Positions 26,902 through 35,894 of a stretch of DNA of 64,000 nucleotides are shown here, piece after piece. This DNA is from Candidatus Pacearchaeota archaeon (lineage in GTDB: Archaea > Nanobdellota > Nanobdellia > Pacearchaeales > GW2011-AR1): positions 698 to 64,697 of the forward strand of contig JAVZZP010000002.1 in assembly GCA_038885615.1 (NCBI GenBank), read 5' to 3'. Each line of letters opens with the position of its first letter. Within the stretch, counting starts at the first letter, position 1. The notes under the pieces are model-generated. The model saw only the letters and a program-made list of their open reading frames with translations. It was not told the origin of the DNA and did no database searches. The position numbers and the translations under genes were made by a program.

Positions 26902-27882
26902 CTAAATTTCATTTTTTATATCTTCTAATTTTTTTCTTATTTCAACAATTTTTTTGATTATAGGAGTTCTTTTTTCTTTTAATTTTTTATATTCTTCATC
27001 ACTTATCTCAGAACCTTTTAATCTTAAAATATATTTGCTAAAAAAACTTATTTTTTGTGATTCATAATTAGTTTTATATTCTATGAAAAGCTTATTAATT
27101 TCAACTGACTCTTTTTCCAATTCACTTAACTCATTTCTGATCTGTTGAATTTCATTTTTTTTATTTTCATTATTTATTGTTTTTTCCAATTCACTTAACT
27201 CATTTTTGATGTCACCTACATTTTTTAAAATTGCAATATGTAATTCATTTAGTGCACTATCAAGTTTTGAGCCACTTTCTGCTTCTAATAAAAAAGAATC
27301 TATAAATTTGTCAATCGTCCATTCTTTTTCTACTCTATTTTTTATAACTACCTCTTTTTCTTTTACTGTTATTTCTAATTCTGTTGGACTCTCTATATAT
27401 ATTGGGAGATTATTTGTATAACCTTCTTTTATTATGTTGATACTTTCTATAATCGTATTAATTATTCCTTCTGGAGGATTGTTATTAATTGTTATAACTT
27501 TTTTACTTGTTTTTTTACATATGCCTTTACTTTCACATTCTCTTAAAGAATTTTTTTTTGTTGCAATTGTTGGAGTTGGACAAATACAAACACAATTTTC
27601 TCCACATGTTTGTGGTTTTTGTTCAAAATTTTGATATGGCCAAGCCAAAATCCACCACCCCTTCGGACTCTCAATAAAAGCATAACCTACTTCTCCTTCT
27701 TTTAAGGAGTTAATAGTATCTTCGATTTCTCTCATCGCAACTTTTGCTTGTTCGTATTCTGTTTTTTGTATTAAAATTCCGATAAGTTTGAACATAAGAA
27801 ATATCATTAAAACAATTCCAATAACACCAAGAACAATTTTTCCAGCTTCTTCTCCGAACCAAAGCCCCTTTTTGTTTTTCAT
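26902..27882 (-). CDS. pilin-like protein (KKG|LW signal) with Cys-rich module and repetitive coiled-coil C-terminus
   Basis: MKNKKGLWFGEEAGKIVLGVIGIVLMIFLMF; CGENCVCICPTP; repeated NELSELEK units (24-bp DNA repeat at about 27114 and 27182). Confidence 0.4.
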   Translation of the reverse strand: MKNKKGLWFGEEAGKIVLGVIGIVLMIFLMFKLIGILIQKTEYEQAKVAMREIEDTINSLKEGEVGYAFIESPKGWWILAWPYQNFEQKPQTCGENCVCICPTPTIATKKNSLRECESKGICKKTSKKVITINNNPPEGIINTIIESINIIKEGYTNNLPIYIESPTELEITVKEKEVVIKNRVEKEWTIDKFIDSFLLEAESGSKLDSALNELHIAILKNVGDIKNELSELEKTINNENKKNEIQQIRNELSELEKESVEINKLFIEYKTNYESQKISFFSKYILRLKGSEISDEEYKKLKEKRTPIIKKIVEIRKKLEDIKNEI

Positions 27883-27923
27883 TAATTTATAGAGAAAAAA
27901 GGATTAATAAGGGTTTTGTTATA

Positions 27924-28771
27924 TCACTTTTCTTCTTTTTCTAGACGTCTGATTATTCTAAAACCAACATTATCTCCGAATAAATTCTTGGAAGGAGAGT
28001 AACCGTTATCATAATGGTTTGGAAAATAATTTTTCATTTTTTCTATGCTTTCATCTTCTCCAGGAGTAAAATTTATTCCAGGGGTTATGCAAATAAAACA
28101 AGGATCTCCATCTATCTCTATAAAGCTCCTATCTTCTCTCATTTCTTCATAATTCAAAAAGAAATCTTTTTTTAATCTTCTTAAATTAATATTGACAAAC
28201 TCTGCAGCATTTCCAAGCATATCATAAACTCCATACTGATTTGGTTTTAAGCTTTTTATTGGCATAATTTGGGTTGGTTTCTTTCCAGTATTTCTCTCAA
28301 CTCAGCCCATTCTCTTAAGTTTAGAGCTCCTCTGCTATTTTCCATTTCTTTTACTCTTCTTTCTAAGTCTTTATCAACCCAAAAGATGTTTGCTATTTCT
28401 CTATTTGTTTCTCCATAAATTCCTTCTTTTGGAATATTTTCTCCTCGCCAAGCAAGAAGCCATTCGCCAGCTGTAGGAATTCTATAGTTTTTTCCTGTTC
28501 TTGCAGAAAGATACTCAACAAAACGCAAAGCATTTAGAAAGCTAATTCTTTTCACAGGCATATTCGGATTTCTTATATTTTCAGGTACGCCTCCTTTTCG
28601 GTTATAAGTATCTTCTTTAGGATCATAACCTCTATCTCTTTCTAGATATGCTAACCATTGCCCTATTGTAATTTCACTCTCGCTTATCCAAAAAGGATCA
28701 ACACTTTCAATAAAAGTTTCACCCAAAGGATTCCTGAAAAGTTCTACTTCTCCTCCTTTGAAATAAAGCAT
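27924..28771 (-). pseudogene. formylglycine-generating-enzyme (FGE/SUMF1)-domain lipoprotein gene, disrupted (frameshift plus upstream in-frame stop)
   Basis: ORFs 28256..28771 (RIPTAGEWLLAWRGEN) and 27924..28265 (YGVYDMLGNAAEFV) are two halves of one FGE domain in different frames. An unlisted 45-codon lipobox leader (MEDLKKLGLIGILVASLLTSPICGC, starts about 29040) ends at a TAA. Confidence 0.55.
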
Positions 28772-29085
28772 TTTTATATTTAAATCAGCAAAGTTTTCAA
28801 CATAGTCTTTTCTTTCATCTCTTAGGGCAGATCTCTTTCTATGCCGCTCAATAATTTTTTGTGAAGATTTTTTTGGCGAGGTTGTTTCTTCTTTAGCAGT
28901 TGCTTAAGTTTGATATTCCGTTTTTTCTCTTGTTTCGGATAGTGTTTTTTCTTCCGTATTTTTTCCGCAACCACAAATTGGAGAAGTTAAAAGAGAAGCT
29001 ACCAAGATTCCTATAAGGCCTAACTTCTTTAAATCTTCCATTTTTTTAGAATTATTTTTAAAAATAAAAAAATAACAATATTTTT

Positions 29086-29886
29086 ATGGGTTTCAGGAAA
29101 ACTCTTACAGATATTGTAGGCAGGGGATTATTAGCAGGAACACTTCTTTTTAGTCCGATAAATAGTTATGCCCAACAACAAAGAAAAGCAGAAATTTCGT
29201 CAAGACAACAATATTCTGTTGAAGTTAGTAGAGAAAATCCCGAATTTTCTTTTGAAGTTCCGATGGACTTATACAGAGATACAACAACAAAAAGATTTTC
29301 TGAAGGAAACTTTCCAATTTATTTTGAAGGAAGAATGGATTATGATACAGGTACTTTTTATTTTTCTTATAGTGCTGGAAAAATGACAGAGGAAGGACCT
29401 TTGCTTGGAAAAAGAAATATTGAAGAAGCAAAAAAACTGCCCCCATACAATGTTCCTTTTTTAGATAATGACAAAACAAGAGCTTATTTTGTTTCAACTG
29501 GAGAGAATATTTTTTTGAGTAATTTGAAACAGTGGGAATGGGTTCATAATGGAAAGAATAATCCTCAAAGAGTTTTAATGGATTTTGCTGATACTCCTGC
29601 AGGAAGAATTTTTATGTGGGCAGCCAATAAAGGAGTTGATTATTTAGTTGATAAAGGGGATGCTTTTTTGACAGGAGGTTTGAATCTCGTTCCTTATCTT
29701 GGAGAAGTGGGGGAAGAACTAACTTCCGACTTAATAGACGAATTTGAACTTGGCCCATTAAAAAATTTAAAAAAATATCTTGAAAAAAGAGCAGAGGAAG
29801 CAAAAGAAAGAGAAAAGGTTGAATATAAACTGCATTTTCTAAAGAACGAAAAGCACTTTCTTTTTCTCTTTCTTTTGCTTCACTAA
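29086..29886 (+). CDS. secreted hypothetical protein
   Basis: Signal-like N-terminus (GRGLLAGTLLFSPINSYAQQ). Confidence 0.35.
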   Translation: MGFRKTLTDIVGRGLLAGTLLFSPINSYAQQQRKAEISSRQQYSVEVSRENPEFSFEVPMDLYRDTTTKRFSEGNFPIYFEGRMDYDTGTFYFSYSAGKMTEEGPLLGKRNIEEAKKLPPYNVPFLDNDKTRAYFVSTGENIFLSNLKQWEWVHNGKNNPQRVLMDFADTPAGRIFMWAANKGVDYLVDKGDAFLTGGLNLVPYLGEVGEELTSDLIDEFELGPLKNLKKYLEKRAEEAKEREKVEYKLHFLKNEKHFLFLFLLLH

Positions 29887-29912
29887 AATCTTCTACTGCA
29901 AGGGCTTTCGAA

Positions 29913-30269
29913 ATGACCTTGAGAAATGATGGTTTTGAAGACGAGAAAGTTGCTTTTTTAATAAAATCCTTGCCTGTAGAAAATAAATCAAGAGATTATG
30001 GAACAATTCATGGAGAGATTAGAGACATTGGGATTATTGTTAGCTTACCTTCGCTTGTTGATTTTAATAATTTTTTAGGAACTTGGGAAGTGGCTGACGG
30101 TGTTGGAGCAGGAAGGTATATGAGAAATGCGGTTTATGTTTTAGATATAGATAAGATTACCTTGATTGAAGGATCAAATAAAGATTCAATGCCTTTTGGT
30201 ACTAAAAAAGTTTTTGATAAAAGAACAATTGTTTTTTTCCACCAGAATCATTCAAAGCTGCTTTTTTAA
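29913..30269 (+). CDS. hypothetical protein
   Basis: ORF only. Confidence 0.3.
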   Translation: MTLRNDGFEDEKVAFLIKSLPVENKSRDYGTIHGEIRDIGIIVSLPSLVDFNNFLGTWEVADGVGAGRYMRNAVYVLDIDKITLIEGSNKDSMPFGTKKVFDKRTIVFFHQNHSKLLF

Positions 30270-30289
30270 GAAGTTTATCCCCCAATAGA

Positions 30290-31261
30290 ATGTGGATGAC
30301 TTTTAGTCGTTTTGATAATGAAGAAGAGTTTAGATCTTTTAGAGCTTCCGACTTAGAAAGGTTGTTTGAAGAAGATAGGGTGGAATTGAGATTGGCTGGA
30401 GGGAGAAAATTGTTTTCATCAGAACAAGAAAAAGAATTGGAGAAGTTGGAGGGGGTTTGGGCATTATCTAAAGAAAATGATAACGGAAAAAAGATTGTTT
30501 TCTTAAAAAAACCCCACATAATTCTTTTTGCTAGAGAAGATGAACCTTCAATAGTTTCTAGATATTCTGGATTTGAAAAGGATAGCAGAGGTTATTTTAG
30601 ATTTGATATTCTTAATGATTTCTTAAACGAGGGAGAAATTATGGAAGCACAAAGTCTTTTTTTTGAACCTCGCACTAAAATGGATAGGGAATTTATAACT
30701 CTTCATTTGAGAATAGAAGAGGAGGATATGGCTTTTGAGTTTAATAAAGAGAATATAAATGTAGAAAATCTTCGGTACTATTTTTATCCAAACCTATCAA
30801 GAAACATGCTCAATAAGGATTTCGTTATTGTTGGAATGAATTATCCGCTATTAAATAAAAAATTAAGGGGCGATTTTGGGACTATTTCTTTGGCAGAGGG
30901 AGGTAAGTTTGTTGTTCCTAAAAAGAGCGATCATCCTTTAGAAGATGGTAAACCTTTTACAATAGAAGAAGTTAGGTCTTTCAGAGGGTTGCCTTTTTTA
31001 TTTGTGAATGGAAGAAAAAAAGTAGAAGTTAACCATCCTGCTAAAGGGACTTTAGAAATATCTGTTTCGATGAATGGAGTTTTAACAGCTGACAAAGATG
31101 GATCTCCTATTTTTTCTATGTGTTTTACCGACTTTAATGAAGAAAATAACCTTACAAGAAATTTATCTGAAAAAGAAAACAATGAGGTCGTTTTAGAAAA
31201 ACTTCGAATAGCTGCAGGAGCTAGTTTTTTAGATGGTTATTATATCCTTAGTGAGAAGTAA
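30290..31261 (+). CDS. hypothetical protein
   Basis: ORF only. Confidence 0.3.
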   Translation: MWMTFSRFDNEEEFRSFRASDLERLFEEDRVELRLAGGRKLFSSEQEKELEKLEGVWALSKENDNGKKIVFLKKPHIILFAREDEPSIVSRYSGFEKDSRGYFRFDILNDFLNEGEIMEAQSLFFEPRTKMDREFITLHLRIEEEDMAFEFNKENINVENLRYYFYPNLSRNMLNKDFVIVGMNYPLLNKKLRGDFGTISLAEGGKFVVPKKSDHPLEDGKPFTIEEVRSFRGLPFLFVNGRKKVEVNHPAKGTLEISVSMNGVLTADKDGSPIFSMCFTDFNEENNLTRNLSEKENNEVVLEKLRIAAGASFLDGYYILSEK

Positions 31262-31350
31262 CACTTAATCTTCTTATGATTTCATCGTAATCGACTTTAT
31301 AGGAACTAATTTCCATTAGTCTGTTTCTATTTTTAAGGAGGATATTTTTT

Positions 31351-31620
31351 CTAAGAATCCAAGATTATCATTTGGACTCTCAACATTCTTCCACTTTGAT
31401 AAAATATTATTTTTTCTCCTTCAAAAACTTTATTATCTCGATTGGCGGATCTCCACACGTCTTTTTTTATGTATTTAAAATTGTTTCTGGCTCCAATTAC
31501 ATCTTTATAGTATCTAACTGCCCAAGCTCTTTCTCCGATTTCTTTATTAAGTTTATTTATTTCTTCTTGAGCAAAGGTTTCTATATTGTCTGTTGATCTT
31601 TTTTCAACTATTTCAATCAT
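31351..31620 (-). CDS. hypothetical small protein
   Basis: ORF only. Confidence 0.25.
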   Translation of the reverse strand: MIEIVEKRSTDNIETFAQEEINKLNKEIGERAWAVRYYKDVIGARNNFKYIKKDVWRSANRDNKVFEGEKIIFYQSGRMLRVQMIILDS

Positions 31621-31707
31621 TTGTTCATATATTTTTCTTCTTTCATTGCCAAATTTAATTTCTTTTTTCAGGAAATCTTCTAAGGTTCTATTATACTCTG
31701 CTTGTTT

Positions 31708-32745
31708 TTAAGGAGATCTTTTACCAAGAAAAGTATTATTTATCTCAGAGTAGTTTAAAAAAATATTTGTTTTGCAACCATATGGTTTTCCAGAAATATC
31801 TTTTAAAATATTATCTGGCATCTTTAATTCTTCTGGTTTAATATAATTTGAATAAATTCCCGTTATCCAAGATTTTCCTTCAATAGTACAATAAATAATT
31901 ATTCTTCCATCTTCAGAAATTTCCCCTACTGAGGATAATCTTCGTCCCCTAGCAGTAGTTAATTGCCCAAAATAAAGAAAGATTCTATCATTTTCTTTTT
32001 TTAAATAAAATTTGTCAACATTATTTCTTAATAATCCAAATACTAGATAGTCTTTAAGGTTTATAATTAAGTATTCTTCTTTTTTTTCTAAAATCCTCCT
32101 TCTAGTTTCTCCCCTCAAATCAACTATTCTTGGTTCTTCAACGCCCCAATAAATTAAGTTTAGCTTTCTTTCTAGGTCATCCCACGCCTCTTTTTTTTGG
32201 CAGACATAATTTGGGCCGCCCAAACCTTTTATTGTTGAGTTGTCTAAAAGAATAAGAGCTTTAAATAATTCTTCTCCTGTTTCCAACTCCTTTTTTAGAA
32301 CTTCTAAAAATTTAGAGCTTCCTCTAGTGAAAACAGAGTTATCAATATATATTTTTCTTTCGTGCGGGCCATTGAGAATATTTGAGCCAAGATATACTTC
32401 TCTAAAAGGTAAGGGTAGATTAATTATAATTTTGTCTCCTCCAACAACCCATTGTATTTCTGTCCTTTTGTAATTGCCACTTTCTTTTATATAAAAAAAA
32501 GAATTACTTGTTCCACTTTTAAATCTCCCAACTTCTTCATATCCATCTGGGCAAATATCAACTTGAATATTGTCTGGTACAATTTCTATATCTTCCCCAT
32601 CATTTCTTTGGTATTCTGGAAGATTTTTTATCCAGAGGTCAATCCTAGTTCTAAAAAGAAAGAAAGCAACCAGCAAGACGACCAGTATTACTACTATAAA
32701 AATTATAATAGGATCGCTTTGTAATTGTGCTTTTTTCTTTCCCAT
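31708..32745 (-). CDS. pilin-like secreted protein (KKA|QL class-III-type signal)
   Basis: MGKKKAQLQSDPIIIFIVVILVVLLVAFFLF. Confidence 0.4.
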   Translation of the reverse strand: MGKKKAQLQSDPIIIFIVVILVVLLVAFFLFRTRIDLWIKNLPEYQRNDGEDIEIVPDNIQVDICPDGYEEVGRFKSGTSNSFFYIKESGNYKRTEIQWVVGGDKIIINLPLPFREVYLGSNILNGPHERKIYIDNSVFTRGSSKFLEVLKKELETGEELFKALILLDNSTIKGLGGPNYVCQKKEAWDDLERKLNLIYWGVEEPRIVDLRGETRRRILEKKEEYLIINLKDYLVFGLLRNNVDKFYLKKENDRIFLYFGQLTTARGRRLSSVGEISEDGRIIIYCTIEGKSWITGIYSNYIKPEELKMPDNILKDISGKPYGCKTNIFLNYSEINNTFLGKRSP

Positions 32746-32748
32746 TTA

Positions 32749-32920
32749 TTCTCTTCCCCCAAATCTAAGAAAACCTTTGAAGTAATCTATTCCGTTAGAT
32801 AATTTTCCCCTTAATGCAAATATTATCAATAAAATTATTATCAATACTATTATCCCTAATATGAACCATCCTGTAAACTCTTGTGGCATTGAAAGAGCTC
32901 TTTTTTTAGATTTTTTCATA
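32749..32920 (-). CDS. small pilin-like protein (57 aa, below ORF-track cutoff; KRA|LS signal)
   Basis: Hand translation: MKKSKKRALSMPQEFTGWFILGIIVLIILLIIFAL...; stop TAA abuts ATG of 31708..32745. Confidence 0.3.
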
Positions 32921-32990
32921 TTTTTTATAAAAAATTTAGCTTAATAAATCTTTAGAAAAAGCTTATATATCTATTTTTTGATTTAAATTA

Positions 32991-33512
32991 ATGGAAAAGA
33001 TTAAGGCATATTTTTCTTCGGGCAAAATATTCTCGAACACAAAAGAAGCATTTTCTCTTTTAGAAGAAAGCTGTTTCGGAGAAAAAGATGGAGAAAAAGT
33101 TTTTTATTCTTCATTTGAATCGGTTTTTCTTTTAGAGGAAGGAAAAATGATTTTATCTAAAATTAATGAAAAAGAAATGTTTGTTGAAGAATTAATTGCT
33201 TTTTTCGAGAAAAAAGATAAAAGTTTTTCTTTAAAATACTTAGTTTTTAAGGATTTAAGAAATAAAGGGTATGTTGTTAAGAGCGCTTTAAAATTTGGAG
33301 CCGATTTTAGAGTTTATGAAAAAGGAAAAAAAGTTAGCGAAGAACATGCAAAATGGTTGGTTTCTGTTTTTTCAGAGCATGAAAAAATTTCATTTAAGGA
33401 TTTTTTTGCTAAGAATAGGGTTGCTCATTCAGTTAATAAAATTTTACTTTTAGCAATAGTTGATGATGAGAACGATGTTTCTTATTATGAAAATTTATGG
33501 AGGAGATTATGA
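32991..33512 (+). CDS. endA: tRNA-splicing endonuclease (homotetramer-type EndA)
   Basis: Catalytic-domain motif LRNKGYVVKSALKFGADFRVYEKG...HAKWLV (Tyr/His/Lys triad). Confidence 0.75.
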   Translation: MEKIKAYFSSGKIFSNTKEAFSLLEESCFGEKDGEKVFYSSFESVFLLEEGKMILSKINEKEMFVEELIAFFEKKDKSFSLKYLVFKDLRNKGYVVKSALKFGADFRVYEKGKKVSEEHAKWLVSVFSEHEKISFKDFFAKNRVAHSVNKILLLAIVDDENDVSYYENLWRRL

Positions 33513-34489
33513 CAATAAATGTTTCTTCTGTCAAGCAGAAAATAATTGAATACTTAAGAGAAAGAGGGCCTTCCTTACCTGTAAATTTAACGAAAATTAG
33601 CGGAATGAGCTTAACTTTTACTTCTGCCATTCTTTCTGAATTGTTGGCAGAAAGAAAAATAAAAATTTCAAACTTGAAAGTTGGTTCTTCTCCATTATAC
33701 TATTTGGAGGGTCAAGAAGAAAAACTTGAGAATTTTATTGATAACTTAAAGCCCGTTGAGAAAGATGCTTTTTTGAAACTGAAACAAAATAGAATTTTAG
33801 AGGATGAAAAACAAAGTCCTCAAATAAGGGTTGCTCTTCGTTCTATTAAAGATTTTGCTGTTCCTGTAAGAGTTGGAGAAAAACTTTTTTGGAAGTACCA
33901 TCTTTTGTCTGACGAGAAAGCAAAAGAAGCAATAGGCGGGGAGAAGAAAGAAGAAGTGGCAGTAGGCCAGGAGAGGGTTATTGGTCAAAGCATTTGGAAT
34001 GACATAAAAAAGGAATTTTCAAGGGAAGAAGTAGAGGATATTATAAGAAAAAGAGTTGCCGAAATTGTTGAAAAAATAAAAGAAGAAACTTTAGTTAATG
34101 AAGCGAAAAAAGAAGCGGAAGAAGCAAAGGAAGAGGGGGCAATTGAAAAACATGCTATCAAAGAAAAAAGAAGACCGCAAAAAAAGAAAAAGACAAACCC
34201 TCTTTTTGATTTTTCTAAAAAAGCAATTGAAGAGAAAGGTTTTGTTATAAAAGAAATACTTAAAGACACAAAAGATAAGGTTCTTTTAGTTTGTTCTATA
34301 GAAAGTAAAAATTACTTGGTTTTTGTGTATGGCAAAAAAAGTGTTGATGACAAGGAAATATTTAAGGATTACAAAAAGTATTATCAGAATTATGATGGAT
34401 TTTTTTTGTTTGTTCGAGAAGAAAAAAAGCAAGTTTTAGATATAAAAAAGAAGTTTTTTGAAGACATAAAGGAAATTTTTTCTTTTTAG
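33497..34489 (+). CDS. winged-helix protein, possibly TFE-alpha-like (no Zn ribbon), with K/E-rich linker
   Basis: N-terminal wH (IIEYLRERGP...SAILSELLAERKIKISNLKVGSSPLYYL); weak similarity only. Confidence 0.3.
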   Translation: MEEIMTINVSSVKQKIIEYLRERGPSLPVNLTKISGMSLTFTSAILSELLAERKIKISNLKVGSSPLYYLEGQEEKLENFIDNLKPVEKDAFLKLKQNRILEDEKQSPQIRVALRSIKDFAVPVRVGEKLFWKYHLLSDEKAKEAIGGEKKEEVAVGQERVIGQSIWNDIKKEFSREEVEDIIRKRVAEIVEKIKEETLVNEAKKEAEEAKEEGAIEKHAIKEKRRPQKKKKTNPLFDFSKKAIEEKGFVIKEILKDTKDKVLLVCSIESKNYLVFVYGKKSVDDKEIFKDYKKYYQNYDGFFLFVREEKKQVLDIKKKFFEDIKEIFSF

Positions 34490-34529
34490 GATTAGTAAAA
34501 TTTAAAAATACCTTTTTTAATGAATTTTC

Positions 34530-34739
34530 ATGGGAAGAATTAAATCAAAGCTAGTAAAAAAAAGTGCAGAGGATTTTATTTCTGCCTCTCCCGAATTATT
34601 TACTAAAAGTTTTGAAGAGAATAAAAAAATACTTGGAAATACAATGCCTAGCAAAAAGATAAGAAATCAAATTGCAGGTTATATTGCAAGAATTAAGAAA
34701 AGAGAGTTTAAATTAATTGAACATGGCAGTACAAACTGA
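34530..34739 (+). CDS. rps17e: ribosomal protein eS17
   Basis: MGRIKSKLVKKSA...SKKIRNQIAGYIARIKK matches the eS17 family. Confidence 0.85.
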   Translation: MGRIKSKLVKKSAEDFISASPELFTKSFEENKKILGNTMPSKKIRNQIAGYIARIKKREFKLIEHGSTN

Positions 34740-35046
34740 AAACAAAACGCAGGAAGTGAAAGAAAAACAAATTGAGAAGGGGGTTGTTCTAGTTGGAAGC
34801 AAACCTTTAATGAAATATGTAAGTGCAGTTGTTCTTCAGTTCAATACTGAAAACTTAAAACAAGTTACGATAAGGTCTAGGGGAAAATTTATTTCCAAAG
34901 CGGTTGATGTTGCAGAAGTTGTAAGAAATAAGTTCCTAAAAGACAAAAATCTTAAATCAAAAGTTTCAATCGGTACAGAAAACTTCACGGATAAGGCCGG
35001 AAAGCAGCTTTCTATTTCTACAATCGAAATTGTTTTGGAAGTTTAA
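34717..35046 (+). CDS. albA: DNA/RNA-binding protein Alba
   Basis: VVLVGSKPLMKYVSAVVLQFN...VTIRSRGKFISKAVDVAEVVRNKF matches the Alba/Sso10b family; overlaps eS17 by 23 nt. Confidence 0.85.
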   Translation: MNMAVQTENKTQEVKEKQIEKGVVLVGSKPLMKYVSAVVLQFNTENLKQVTIRSRGKFISKAVDVAEVVRNKFLKDKNLKSKVSIGTENFTDKAGKQLSISTIEIVLEV

Positions 35047-35456
35047 TTATTAAGAAATTAATTAGGCAGAATAAGGTCTAATATTTTTCAAAAATTATTC
35101 TTATGTTTTAATTAAGAAGTATATACAAAATTTCAGTTAAATTTAAAAAGTTCAATTATTTTTTTAATATATGCAAAGCCAATATATGCCTAAGAGCTGT
35201 ATTAAAGGAAGATTTTCCTTAGTTGGCTTTGTGACAATTCTAGGGGCCCATTATTGATTTTTTCGGGGCCTTTAGATATCACGAATTCTTTATTAATTAC
35301 ATCGCAGGGAGGGTATCTCAAGGTCTCTTAAAATCAGTAAGGTTTTCTAGAAAATTAAAAGAGGGAGGAGAAAATGAGAGAAGAAGAATGGGAGATAGAA
35401 GGGCTTGATGAATGGGAAGAAGAAGTGCTTAGAAGAGTGCATATGATAGAAGAGAA

Positions 35457-35732
35457 TTAATTCTTTTGTTTTTTTGAATTGTATTTTTTATCTATTTTAG
35501 ATTCGATTCTCTCTAATTTTTTTTCTATATAGTTGATTTTTTCATATATTTTTTGAATTTTTGATAATTTTTTGAATTTGATAATTTCGGTTATTGTTAA
35601 AAAGATTATATAAATAATTATAACTAATCCAACTCCTTGAAGGAACTTTATGATATAATACACTTCTGGAATTTCTTTTATTTGTTTTATAAAATCTGAT
35701 AAAATATTGCCCAGTATTTCTTTTTCACCCAT
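35457..35732 (-). CDS. small membrane protein, hypothetical
   Basis: One TM (GVGLVIIIYIIFLTITEII) + K-rich coiled tail. Confidence 0.3.
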   Translation of the reverse strand: MGEKEILGNILSDFIKQIKEIPEVYYIIKFLQGVGLVIIIYIIFLTITEIIKFKKLSKIQKIYEKINYIEKKLERIESKIDKKYNSKKQKN

Positions 35733-35745
35733 TATTTCTCTAGTT

Positions 35746-35762
35746 AAGAAAAGTTTATAAGT
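35746..35762 (+). promoter_or_regulatory. archaeal BRE/TATA promoter for tRNA-Met (GAAAAG + TTTATAAG)
   Basis: TATA centred about 28 nt upstream of tRNA 5' end. Confidence 0.4.
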
Positions 35763-35784
35763 TATTCGTTTTTCACTATTTTAC

Positions 35785-35856
35785 GGCTCTGTAGCTTAGT
35801 GGTAGAGCGCCGCTCTCATAAGGCGGAGGTCGCGAGTTCAATTCTCGCCAGAGCCA
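35785..35856 (+). tRNA. tRNA-Met/Ile2 (anticodon CAT), elongator-type
   Basis: GGCTCTG acceptor stem, D-arm GCTTAGTGGTAGAGC, anticodon loop CTCATAA, T-arm GGTCGCGAGTTCAATTCTCGCC; no intron, CCA not encoded. Confidence 0.8.
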
Positions 35857-35894
35857 TTCGCAAGATTTTTAATGTCCTATTTTTATATTGTTTT

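Noticed and set aside
29168-32785. Miscellaneous short ORFs (29168..29386, 29225..29497, 29612..29803, 30202..30519, 30931..31182, 31372..31596, 32240..32785)
   Set aside because: They overlap longer same-locus genes in other frames or antisense; no motifs.
35799-35894. N-terminal extension MVERRSHKAEVASSILARA of ORF 35799..37424
   Set aside because: It is a GTG-initiated translation of the tRNA-Met gene. The real start is the downstream ATG (MENKRG) at about 35895.
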